From: Candidatus Saccharimonadota bacterium
GTDB lineage: Bacteria > Patescibacteriota > Saccharimonadia > Saccharimonadales > Saccharimonadaceae
Assembly (NCBI GenBank): GCA_020160975.1
Contig: JAIUPJ010000001.1
Location: forward strand, 330,001 to 362,000
Direction: 5' to 3'
DNA length: 32,000 nt
The notes beneath the pieces are model-generated. The model ran no database searches, was not told the origin of the DNA, and saw nothing but the letters and a program-made list of their open reading frames with translations. The position numbers and the translations under genes are program-made. This document shows, in pieces, positions 1-10,890 of this stretch (positions are counted from its first letter, which is position 1; every line of letters begins with the position of its first letter).

Positions 1-33
1 ACGAGATGCTCTAGCCAACTGAGCTAATCACCC
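1..33 (-). tRNA. tRNA, 5' half only (cut by window start); isotype undetermined
   Basis: Reverse complement reads GGGTGAT-TA-GCTC-AGTTGGCTA-GAGC-A-TCTCG: acceptor 5' strand, D-arm and the start of the anticodon stem. Confidence 0.7.
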
Positions 34-69
34 ACAATGATATAAGACTAAATTATTAAGATACTTTTT

Positions 70-194
70 CTCTGGGCTCGACCCACCTTCGGCGGGCCCG
101 CGATTTCACGATTGAAAGCATAGGTTTTATCGGAAAGTCGCCTTGCGAACTGCTACCAGCAGTTCTCACTCTAGCCAACTGAGCTAAGCGCCCA
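70..194 (-). ncRNA. Candidate chimeric element copy A: tRNA 5'-half look-alike fused to a conserved 69-nt core
   Basis: The reverse complement starts GGGCGCTTAGCTCAGTTGGCTAGAG, which resembles an acceptor strand plus D-arm. It then runs into the core at 102-170, shared with 20820-20888. There is no anticodon arm and no complementary 3' acceptor strand. Strand and ends are not established. Confidence 0.4.
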
Positions 195-211
195 ATGTGG
201 GCTGGAAGATT

Positions 212-248
212 TGGTGGAGTAGCAACGGATTTTCACCCGAGCTACCCC
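212..248 (-). other. tRNA-Ala-like acceptor/T-arm minihelix ending in CCA (tRNA remnant or minihelix RNA)
   Basis: Reverse complement is GGGGTAG-CTC-GGGTGAAAATCC-GTTG-CTACTCC-ACCA. It has a 7-bp acceptor stem with a G3:T70 wobble, discriminator A and an encoded CCA. D and anticodon arms are absent. Confidence 0.45.
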
Positions 249-447
249 ATAGTGGGAAGGTACTGTCCCTGAGGCACAGGGACATCGGCGACACGTCGCC
301 TCCTTCGCTCGCTCACGAAAAGATAGAACTACATTTTCGTTTCACTCGCTGCGCCAAACCCTTTTTGCTTTGCAAAAAACGGGTTTGAGGCACTGGGATT
401 CCCCAGAATATTTGTCCCACCACCCCAGGGTGGTGCGGCAAATATTC

Positions 448-524
448 TGGTGGAGGCACAGGGACTCAAACCCTGGACCCCCTGCTTGCAAAGCAGGTGC
501 TCTAATCAACTGAGCTATGCCCCC
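448..524 (-). tRNA. tRNA-Ala (anticodon UGC), CCA encoded
   Basis: Reverse complement is GGGGGCA TA GCTC AGTTGATTA GAGC A CCTGC TTTGCAA GCAGG GGGTC CAGGG TTTGAGT CCCTG TGCCTCC ACCA. The cloverleaf is complete and G3:U70 is present. Confidence 0.95.
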
Positions 525-559
525 AAATCTGAAAAGTGCTTCACAAGAAGACTTTCACC

Positions 560-588
560 ATTCTACCCTATTACATGAGCTCTGACAA
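560..588 (-). promoter_or_regulatory. Putative sigma70-type promoter for the tRNA-Ala array
   Basis: Minus strand reads TTGTCA (583-588), a 17-nt spacer, then TAGAAT (560-565), about 35 nt upstream of the tRNA-Ala 5' end. Confidence 0.5.
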
Positions 589-604
589 GTGTATACTAAA
601 GCAT

Positions 605-844
605 ATGGATTACACATTTAGTTGGTCATGGTTTGGAATTGGCATACTAGTATTACTAGCGGGCGTTGCACTCACGATTTGGTATCGGCAAATCGCAGAC
701 ATGTTTGGTAGCGGTGTAAGTAGCTACGAACGCTTTCGTATGTGGGGGCTTATCGGCTGTCTGCTCGGGTTTGTTGTCATGCTCAATATCCACACGCTTC
801 TGCTTGGCTGGTTCTTCAGCCTGCTCTTCGGTGGTCAACAATAG
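605..844 (+). CDS. Small hypothetical membrane protein (79 aa)
   Basis: This is the downstream part of track ORF 536..844, with two hydrophobic segments (GIGILVLLAGVALTIW, GLIGCLLGFVVML). I prefer ATG 605 because 536-604 overlaps the divergent tRNA-Ala promoter and TATACT (592-597) lies 7 nt upstream of ATG 605. The start is uncertain. Confidence 0.45.
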   Translation: MDYTFSWSWFGIGILVLLAGVALTIWYRQIADMFGSGVSSYERFRMWGLIGCLLGFVVMLNIHTLLLGWFFSLLFGGQQ

Positions 845-852
845 AGGCCAAG

Positions 853-1461
853 ATGAAAACTACACAAACAGTCGACTGGCTAGGACGGCCCTATGAAGGC
901 TACGTCGTCAACACAACCTTTTCTCCCAAGAATATAGAGATTATCAGTGATTGTATCAGTAAAATTGACAAGGAGTATGGCAGCGCGGTGTTTTGTATGC
1001 CACCAAGTTCACTGCATATTACTCTTCTCGACTGGATTGCTCCTCTCGTGCATTATGACGGAAGAAATAAGCAAGAACTATTTAGAAAACTATCACCAAG
1101 CTATTGCGCCGCGCTCAAACAAATATTAAAAGACCAGAAAAAAATATCAGTCACTTTTGATACCATCAACGTATCCTCTACGACGATCTATTTAACCGGT
1201 CATGATAACGGTGAGTTCCAAACAATACGAAAAAAATTTCTTGACACGGTTGTTCTGCTGCCAGGAACCAAACAACCACCGACTATCATTCACTGCTCAC
1301 TTGCTCGATTCACACAGCCGCTTGATCTGAATGATGTCAAGGACTTTATCCTCCAAGAATCGATATGTTTTACACAAGAAGTTGAGTCGTTTCATCTCGT
1401 GCACAGCATGAGAGAGCCTATGCTAGAGTTTGAGGTACTAAAAAAATTCTCTCTTGAGTAG
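853..1461 (+). CDS. 2H phosphoesterase superfamily protein (LigT / 2'-5' RNA ligase-like)
   Basis: Two H-x-T/S-x motifs are present (LHITLL and IHCSLA), spaced as in 2H enzymes. I chose the internal ATG 853 of track ORF 742..1461 because GAGG lies 7 nt upstream and the upstream part overlaps the preceding ORF. Confidence 0.65.
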   Translation: MKTTQTVDWLGRPYEGYVVNTTFSPKNIEIISDCISKIDKEYGSAVFCMPPSSLHITLLDWIAPLVHYDGRNKQELFRKLSPSYCAALKQILKDQKKISVTFDTINVSSTTIYLTGHDNGEFQTIRKKFLDTVVLLPGTKQPPTIIHCSLARFTQPLDLNDVKDFILQESICFTQEVESFHLVHSMREPMLEFEVLKKFSLE

Positions 1462-1465
1462 CACT

Positions 1466-1493
1466 AAAAAGAAGCCCCTTAGGGCTTCTTTTT
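1466..1493 (+). terminator. Rho-independent terminator
   Basis: AAAAAGAAGCCC-CTTA-GGGCTTCTTTTT hairpin followed by a T-run, just after the stop at 1461. Confidence 0.7.
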
Positions 1494-1659
1494 GTTTAAC
1501 AATCTGGTTGTGCAATATCATCCGTCTTTTTTCGAGATTTTTTTCGAACTTCGTCTTGTCCGTATAAATACGGCTACTTTGTTATGTAAGCTCAGCATAA
1601 CAATCAAGACCGACCTAGCTACTAACAGTGATTACTCGACTGTTAGGCGTAACTCCCTA

Positions 1660-3137
<1,478 letters not shown>

Positions 3138-3437
3138 GATAGATAAGGGGTGAACCCCTTACGCACGGTGCGAGCGAGTAAATCGCTCGTAACCGGCTAT
3201 CCCCCTAAAGCGCGACAGCAGAGCTGTACGTGCCTTCGGCAGATAATCCATCTAGTTTTATAGTTAACTACATCACTGAAGTGATAGTACATTTCCATAA
3301 AGTGTTTCTAGTCTCCTAGAAACGTCTACTCAAAATAGACTGACGATGATTATTGCACAACCAAATTGTTAAATTACAATCACATTCAAACCGCGCTAAT
3401 AGATCAATTTCTCCTCTCGCAATTTGGACTGTTGTCC

Positions 3438-3466
3438 ATTGTATAGGATAGTTGAGATCTGGTCAA
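3438..3466 (-). promoter_or_regulatory. Putative 16S rRNA promoter
   Basis: Minus strand reads TTGACC (3461-3466), a 17-nt spacer, then TACAAT (3438-3443), about 300 nt upstream of the mature 16S 5' end. Confidence 0.5.
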
Positions 3467-3479
3467 CACCTTTTTGAAT

Positions 3480-3914
3480 CTATATTGTAGCTATAAAGAC
3501 AACATATCCAATAAGTACGCCGAGTATGCCGCCCACTACTACTTCAAGCGGTGTATGGCCCTTCGCCGCGCGCGGTATCACCACGCGCTCATTGTTTTTT
3601 GCAGCCCGTATGAGCTCTTGCAAAGCAAGGCCCTGCTCGCCGACTGAACGCCTCACCATGACTGCATCGTACATCACTACCCCTGCCACCATAATGGCTA
3701 CACCAAAGAGCGCCGAATCCCATCCATTCTTGAGGCCAACAATAGTCGCCATGGACATTACTGTGGCGCTATGCGCGCTCGGCATATTACCAGAGAGGTA
3801 GAGTTGTCTCAGGTGATCAAAATTGCGATTTTTGATGGCAACTATGACGTATTTTGCGCCTTGCGCGACCACCCAGCTGAGTACAATTGTTAGTAAATAC
3901 GGCGAGAATACCAT
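3480..3914 (-). CDS. Divergent PAP2 / DUF212 family membrane protein (acid phosphatase/vanadium-haloperoxidase-related)
   Basis: 144 aa and multi-TM. Motifs GNMPSAHSA and YDA..VRR are typical of the YuiD/DUF212 family as I recall it. Confidence 0.75.
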   Translation of the reverse strand: MVFSPYLLTIVLSWVVAQGAKYVIVAIKNRNFDHLRQLYLSGNMPSAHSATVMSMATIVGLKNGWDSALFGVAIMVAGVVMYDAVMVRRSVGEQGLALQELIRAAKNNERVVIPRAAKGHTPLEVVVGGILGVLIGYVVFIATI

Positions 3915-3918
3915 AACC

Positions 3919-6444
3919 CTACTTCGCTACGCCCTCTCCCGCATCTTCTTCTTTTGGCTGCGATTCCATCAAACCGATTGAGGATACGCTGTCACCACCC
4001 GATAATCGCATAATCGTCACTCCTTGTGTCGTTCGCCCAAGCATCTTAATGTCATCGAGACTGAGACGAATCGTTTGTCCATTCTTTGACACGAGCAATG
4101 CCTCGTCCATCGCAGGCTCGATAGTCTGTACGGAGATAATAGGCCCCGTTTTAGCAGTAACAATCGCTGCCTTGATGCCTACACCGCCACGCTTGTGGCT
4201 CGGGAAGTTCTCAACCTTGGTCTTTTTGCCGAATCCTTTTTCACTAATCACGAGAAGTGTCTGGTTATCGCTGGTAACAATATCCATCCCTACTACCCAG
4301 TCATTTGGCCTAAGACGCACGCCGCGAACACCGCGAGCAGCCCGACCCATTGGACGAGTCTCCGTTTCATTGAATCGAACCGCCTGACCTGCAGATGTTG
4401 ATATAATCACATCGTTATTCCCGGCTGTCTGTTTGATCCACCTCAACTCGTCGCCATCATCAAGATTGATGGTGATCAGCCCGTTTGTTCGAATATTTGC
4501 ATAATCCTTCAATGGCGTCTTCTTAACTGTACCCTTGGTAGTCGCCATAAAGAGATATCCCTCATCACTCGCATCTTTCGCATGGTTAATGATAGAGGTG
4601 ATCTTCTCTTCAGGCTGCAATTGCAATAAGTTTACTGCCGCTACACCCTTGGCCGCAAGACTTGCAGCAGGCACCTCATAGGCCTTCAGGCGGAAGACTC
4701 GTCCCTTGTTCGTAAAGAACAGCAGCCAGTCATGAGTACTTGCAGGAATAATTTGGTCGATCACGTCCTCTTCTTTAGTGGTCATACCTCGCTTACCTTT
4801 GCCGCCACGATGCTGGCGCCGATATTCGCTGACCAGCGTACGCTTGATGTAATTCTCTGTTGTGAGGAGAATCACCGTATCCTCTTCTGGTATGAGCTCT
4901 TCGTCACTAAACTTACCTAATTCATGATTATACATCTTCGTTCGACGCTCATCGCCGTAGCGCTCCTTCATTTCAAGCAGCTCAGTCTTGATGATAGCGA
5001 GGATCTCTTGCTCATCGGCCAATATCTCTTCATAGCGCCTGATCGCTTTAAGCAGCTCGTTTAGCTCATTCTCAATCGTTTCGCGCTCGAGACCAGTCAG
5101 GCGTCGCAACTGCATAGCGAGGATTGCCTTTGCCTGAATTTCACTCAACGTAAATTGCTTGATAAGTGCTTTCTCAGCGATATCCTGTGTCTTGCTTGCG
5201 CGGATCGTTTTGATTACTTCATCGATATTGTCGAGGGCGATCTTGTAGCCTTCGAGGATGTGGGCTCGCTCACGTGCTTTCTTGAGTTCAAACTCAGTAC
5301 GACGTCGCACCACACTCTGTCGATGCTTCACAAACTCGCTAAGCATTTCATGCAATCCAAGAATACGAGGCTGAATTCCATCGATAAGTGAAAGCATGTT
5401 GTAATTAAAGCTACTCTGCAGTGCAGTTAGTTTATACAGCTGGTTCAGCACCTTCTTTGGGTAGCCATCTTTCTTTACCTCAATAACAATACGGACCTTA
5501 CCTCTGGAGCTTTCATCACGCAGGTCGCTAATGCTAATCTTCTTTTCCTTATATAGCTCAGCGATTTTCTCAACAAGTGATGCTTTATTTACACCATATG
5601 GTATCTCTGTGACGATAATCTGGTGGCGACCCTTCTTCGTCTCTTGAATCTCAGCTACCGCACGCATCATCACACTACCGCGGCCCGTTTGATACGCCTG
5701 CTTCATCGGTGCCCCACCATAGGCAACTGCGCCTGTTGGAAAGTCAGGGCCCTTAACGTGCTTTAATAGATCATCAATTGTTGCGTGCTCGTTATCAATC
5801 AGTTCAATTGTTGCATCAACAAGCTCACCGAGGTTATGCGGTGGAATATTCGTTGCCATGCCCACTGCAATACCAATCTGGCCATTGAGCAGAAGATTTG
5901 GCACTTTTGCGGGCAATACGACCGGCTCTTGCTCGGAGCCATCATAGTTATCACGAAAGTCTACTGTCTGTTTTTCGATATCGGCGAGAAGTTCATCCGA
6001 AAAACGCTGCAACCTAGCCTCAGTGTAGCGGCTCGCTGCCGCAGGGTCGCCATCCATTGAACCGAAATTACCCTGCCCCTGGACTAACGGATAGCGTAGT
6101 GACCATGGCTGAGCAAGACGAACCATCGAGTCATAGATAGCAGAATCACCGTGCGGGTGATATTTACCCATAACATCACCGACAATGCGTGCGCTTTTTA
6201 CAAACTTTGCATTACTACGGTTCCCGTTCACATTCATCGAGTGTAGAATACGGCGATGCACCGGCTTCAACCCATCACGAACATCCGGAAGTGCACGATC
6301 TATAATTACACTCATGGAATAGCGGAAGAAGCTATCTTCCATGACATTTTCGATTGTACGTTGTTCGATACCTTGTATCTCAGGGTTCAGAACCTCTCCC
6401 TCAAGTGGTGTATCTTCATTTGGTTGTATCATTTCTTCATTCAT
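3919..6444 (-). CDS. gyrA: DNA gyrase subunit A
   Basis: 841 aa. The N-terminus contains [18 protein letters not shown] and [10 protein letters not shown], and beta-pinwheel repeats lie in the C-terminal region. Confidence 0.97.
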   Translation of the reverse strand: MNEEMIQPNEDTPLEGEVLNPEIQGIEQRTIENVMEDSFFRYSMSVIIDRALPDVRDGLKPVHRRILHSMNVNGNRSNAKFVKSARIVGDVMGKYHPHGDSAIYDSMVRLAQPWSLRYPLVQGQGNFGSMDGDPAAASRYTEARLQRFSDELLADIEKQTVDFRDNYDGSEQEPVVLPAKVPNLLLNGQIGIAVGMATNIPPHNLGELVDATIELIDNEHATIDDLLKHVKGPDFPTGAVAYGGAPMKQAYQTGRGSVMMRAVAEIQETKKGRHQIIVTEIPYGVNKASLVEKIAELYKEKKISISDLRDESSRGKVRIVIEVKKDGYPKKVLNQLYKLTALQSSFNYNMLSLIDGIQPRILGLHEMLSEFVKHRQSVVRRRTEFELKKARERAHILEGYKIALDNIDEVIKTIRASKTQDIAEKALIKQFTLSEIQAKAILAMQLRRLTGLERETIENELNELLKAIRRYEEILADEQEILAIIKTELLEMKERYGDERRTKMYNHELGKFSDEELIPEEDTVILLTTENYIKRTLVSEYRRQHRGGKGKRGMTTKEEDVIDQIIPASTHDWLLFFTNKGRVFRLKAYEVPAASLAAKGVAAVNLLQLQPEEKITSIINHAKDASDEGYLFMATTKGTVKKTPLKDYANIRTNGLITINLDDGDELRWIKQTAGNNDVIISTSAGQAVRFNETETRPMGRAARGVRGVRLRPNDWVVGMDIVTSDNQTLLVISEKGFGKKTKVENFPSHKRGGVGIKAAIVTAKTGPIISVQTIEPAMDEALLVSKNGQTIRLSLDDIKMLGRTTQGVTIMRLSGGDSVSSIGLMESQPKEEDAGEGVAK

Positions 6445-6460
6445 AGCAGTGCACTATCTC

Positions 6461-8467
<2,007 letters not shown>

Positions 8468-8481
8468 TTACAATACGTTTC

Positions 8482-8490
8482 ATTATACCA
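8482..8490 (-). promoter_or_regulatory. Extended -10 promoter element for gyrB-gyrA
   Basis: Minus strand reads TGGTATAAT about 45 nt upstream of the gyrB ATG. GAGGGAG (Shine-Dalgarno) lies just before the start. Confidence 0.45.
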
Positions 8491-8589
8491 TAAAAAAATT
8501 TGTTCATTCAAGCACTTGCCATGAACATATTTCTTATGCTAAAATCACGCCTGAGAGGTATCATTCAAATAACAAAAACAGGTAGCGCT

Positions 8590-10242
8590 ATGTTCAAAAA
8601 ACTAGTATCAAATCTTGCGTTTAGCCCGGCACTTGTTGGCCAACTTGGCTTTTACGCACATCGCTTAAAGAAAGAGGAGGCGACACGTCGTGTGGGGCTT
8701 ATTTTCACTGCCCTTGCTCTGGTTGTTCAATCTTTTGCTGTCTTCTCCCCCCCAGAGGCGGCCAATGCTTCAAGTCCAAACGACTTCATATATGGTGGTG
8801 CCTATACTATCGATGCTTACCTCAGTAATTACGATGCTAACACCAACAATATCCGCGACCTCTTCAATGCTGTCGGAATCTCACGCAGTAATATTGCCGC
8901 TGCCACCAAGACCCAAATTAACTCCAAGGACGGCTTCTACTCATGGGGACTAAACCCTCACTTTAGTGCTTCTCAAGGCGAAAAGTCCTATACAGTCGCC
9001 GCTTCAGGCGGCGGTACTCGTACTTTTTACATGCGGCCTCTTCGCAATTGGGACGGTGGCTCGACACTTACGACAGGATCTTACTACTACGCGTTTCGCG
9101 GTGTATCTACGCAAGGCATGGAGTTTTGGCTGATGCTCAATTGCGGTAACCTTGCGCTGAAACAAATGCCGCCAGCTCACACCTGTGCTGAGAGTGGTAA
9201 AGTTGGCGACTATCCCAACTGTACAACCCCTCAATGCCCTGCGGGTCAAGTCGGCACCTATCCAAACTGCCAGGTATCACCAGTTGCAAAATGCGAGAGC
9301 TTGAAAATTACAAAGCTGCTTGATAATTACCAGCTACAGGCCTCTGCCTCTGTAGCGGGCAGCGCGAAAGTGACCGGATATACTTATGTCGTCAAAAAAG
9401 ACGGAAAAGAAGTCAAAACAATCAAACAGGTATCTTCAGCACTTACCGACTCTGCAACGTACAGTCAGTCTCAGCAAGGTACCTACGAAGTCAGTCTCAC
9501 GGTCGAAACAACGCTAGGCCCACAGACCAGCCCAAGTTGTGTAAAAACGTTCTCAATTGCCCCTCCTGCAGTATGCCCTGTCAATCCTAAACTACCTGCT
9601 ACGAGTCCAGAGTGCCAACCCTGCCCAGGTGACTCAACTCTCTGGATCAAGGATGACAAATGCGCTGCTAAGATTCTCGAGACAAAATCAGCCAAAAACA
9701 TCACTCAAGGAGATGTTGATGCAACAAAAACAACAGCCAAGGCAGGAGATAAGGTAATCTATACTCTCACCATACAAAATGTTGGTAAAACAACAACAGA
9801 TGTTTCAATTACCGAACAACTTGCAGACGTGTTGGAGTATGCAACAGTTGTCGACAATGGTGGCGGCACCTTTGATGAAACTGCTAAAACCCTCTCATGG
9901 CCAAAAGTTGCTGTCGACGGGGGCAAATCGATCACTCGCATGTTTACAGTCCAACTGCTCGAAACGATTCCAGCAATGGGACAAGGAGTGAGCGATAAAA
10001 CATCGTATGACTGCACGATGACCAACACGTTTGGCAACTCCGTCGCCATCGGCGTTGACTGCCCTGTTCAGAAACTTGTTGTTGAGCAAACAGTCAACGA
10101 GCTGCCTCACACGGGTCCGCGCGAAAATATGATCTTTGCTGGTGTTGTACTTTCCATCGTTGCCTACTTCTACGCGCGTGCGCGACAAGTTAAGAAAGAA
10201 GTGCGCTTGATTCGTCGCGACCTAAACGCTGGGACAATATAA
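8590..10242 (+). CDS. LPXTG-anchored cell-surface protein with a Cys-rich segment and a DUF11-like repeat domain
   Basis: The C-terminus has LPHTG, a hydrophobic stretch and a basic tail (ARARQVKKE), which is a sortase signal. An N-terminal TM segment is present. The block GDKVIYTLTIQNVG...LSWP is DUF11-like. I prefer ATG 8590 over the track TTG at 8500. Confidence 0.8.
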   Translation: MFKKLVSNLAFSPALVGQLGFYAHRLKKEEATRRVGLIFTALALVVQSFAVFSPPEAANASSPNDFIYGGAYTIDAYLSNYDANTNNIRDLFNAVGISRSNIAAATKTQINSKDGFYSWGLNPHFSASQGEKSYTVAASGGGTRTFYMRPLRNWDGGSTLTTGSYYYAFRGVSTQGMEFWLMLNCGNLALKQMPPAHTCAESGKVGDYPNCTTPQCPAGQVGTYPNCQVSPVAKCESLKITKLLDNYQLQASASVAGSAKVTGYTYVVKKDGKEVKTIKQVSSALTDSATYSQSQQGTYEVSLTVETTLGPQTSPSCVKTFSIAPPAVCPVNPKLPATSPECQPCPGDSTLWIKDDKCAAKILETKSAKNITQGDVDATKTTAKAGDKVIYTLTIQNVGKTTTDVSITEQLADVLEYATVVDNGGGTFDETAKTLSWPKVAVDGGKSITRMFTVQLLETIPAMGQGVSDKTSYDCTMTNTFGNSVAIGVDCPVQKLVVEQTVNELPHTGPRENMIFAGVVLSIVAYFYARARQVKKEVRLIRRDLNAGTI

Positions 10243-10276
10243 CTAACCGTTGTTACAAAATATATAAGGGGTGGAT

Positions 10277-10846
10277 ATGAGTGATAAAGAACGACTAAAC
10301 GCTGGACCTGAAGCATACGATGCGAAGGCGCTTGCAGAGGCAGGCAAAGAGCACCAAGAGCGGCTCCGCGAGAACCGTGAACGCGCTGCGGAAAAGGGTC
10401 ATGAGAACGCGGCCGAAGCAGCGCGTCACGAAGCACTTGAACAAGCCTCCCGCATCGAGAGGGAAAGTAGGTCACACGAAAAGCGTGAGGAATCGCCTGC
10501 AGAACGCCGTGGCCCGGCTTCAAAGCGCGAGCGTGACGCAAGCTATGATCGCACAATGCGCGAAGTGCGCTCTCAAATGTCTGCGCCGAGCCGCGTATTT
10601 AGTTCTGTTATTCATAATCCTGTTGTTGAAAAAATCAGTGACGTAGTTGGCGGCACCATCGCGCGGCCCAATGCCATCGCTTCTGGCGCACTCTTTGCAT
10701 TTGGCTTCACACTTGCGATTTATCTGATTGCTCACTTCAATGGCTACCCTCTCTCTGGCACCGAATCGATCGCATCATTTGTCGTCGGCTGGCTGCTTGG
10801 CCTCGTCTACGACTACTTCAAGCTTCTGATTACCGGCAAGAAATAA
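10277..10846 (+). CDS. Hypothetical membrane protein with a highly charged Glu/Arg/Ala-rich N-terminal half and 2 C-terminal TM helices
   Basis: Track ORF 10271..10846. ATG 10277 is preceded by AAGGGGTGG. No family recognised. Confidence 0.6.
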   Translation: MSDKERLNAGPEAYDAKALAEAGKEHQERLRENRERAAEKGHENAAEAARHEALEQASRIERESRSHEKREESPAERRGPASKRERDASYDRTMREVRSQMSAPSRVFSSVIHNPVVEKISDVVGGTIARPNAIASGALFAFGFTLAIYLIAHFNGYPLSGTESIASFVVGWLLGLVYDYFKLLITGKK

Positions 10847-10865
10847 GTTCTCCTACCTCTACCGG

Positions 10866-10890
10866 AAACTGCGCATACCTAGCGCAGTTT
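10866..10890. terminator. Bidirectional hairpin between convergent genes
   Basis: AAACTGCGC-ATACCTA-GCGCAGTTT. It overlaps the stop codon of the 957-aa ORF. Confidence 0.55.

Noticed and set aside
197-388. Track ORF of 63 aa on the plus strand.
   Set aside because: It lies entirely within the tRNA-array spacer and overlaps tRNA-like sequences. It has no Shine-Dalgarno sequence, and the peptide is nonsense-like.
200-447. tmRNA. The region is structured, ends in an alanine-type acceptor plus CCA, and has a GCA-initiated frame (AKQKGFGAASETKM*).
   Set aside because: The 5' partner of the acceptor stem lies only 37 nt from the CCA, so no tmRNA-sized body is enclosed. The putative tag lacks a typical hydrophobic C-terminus. 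A bona fide ssrA is at 16173-16549.
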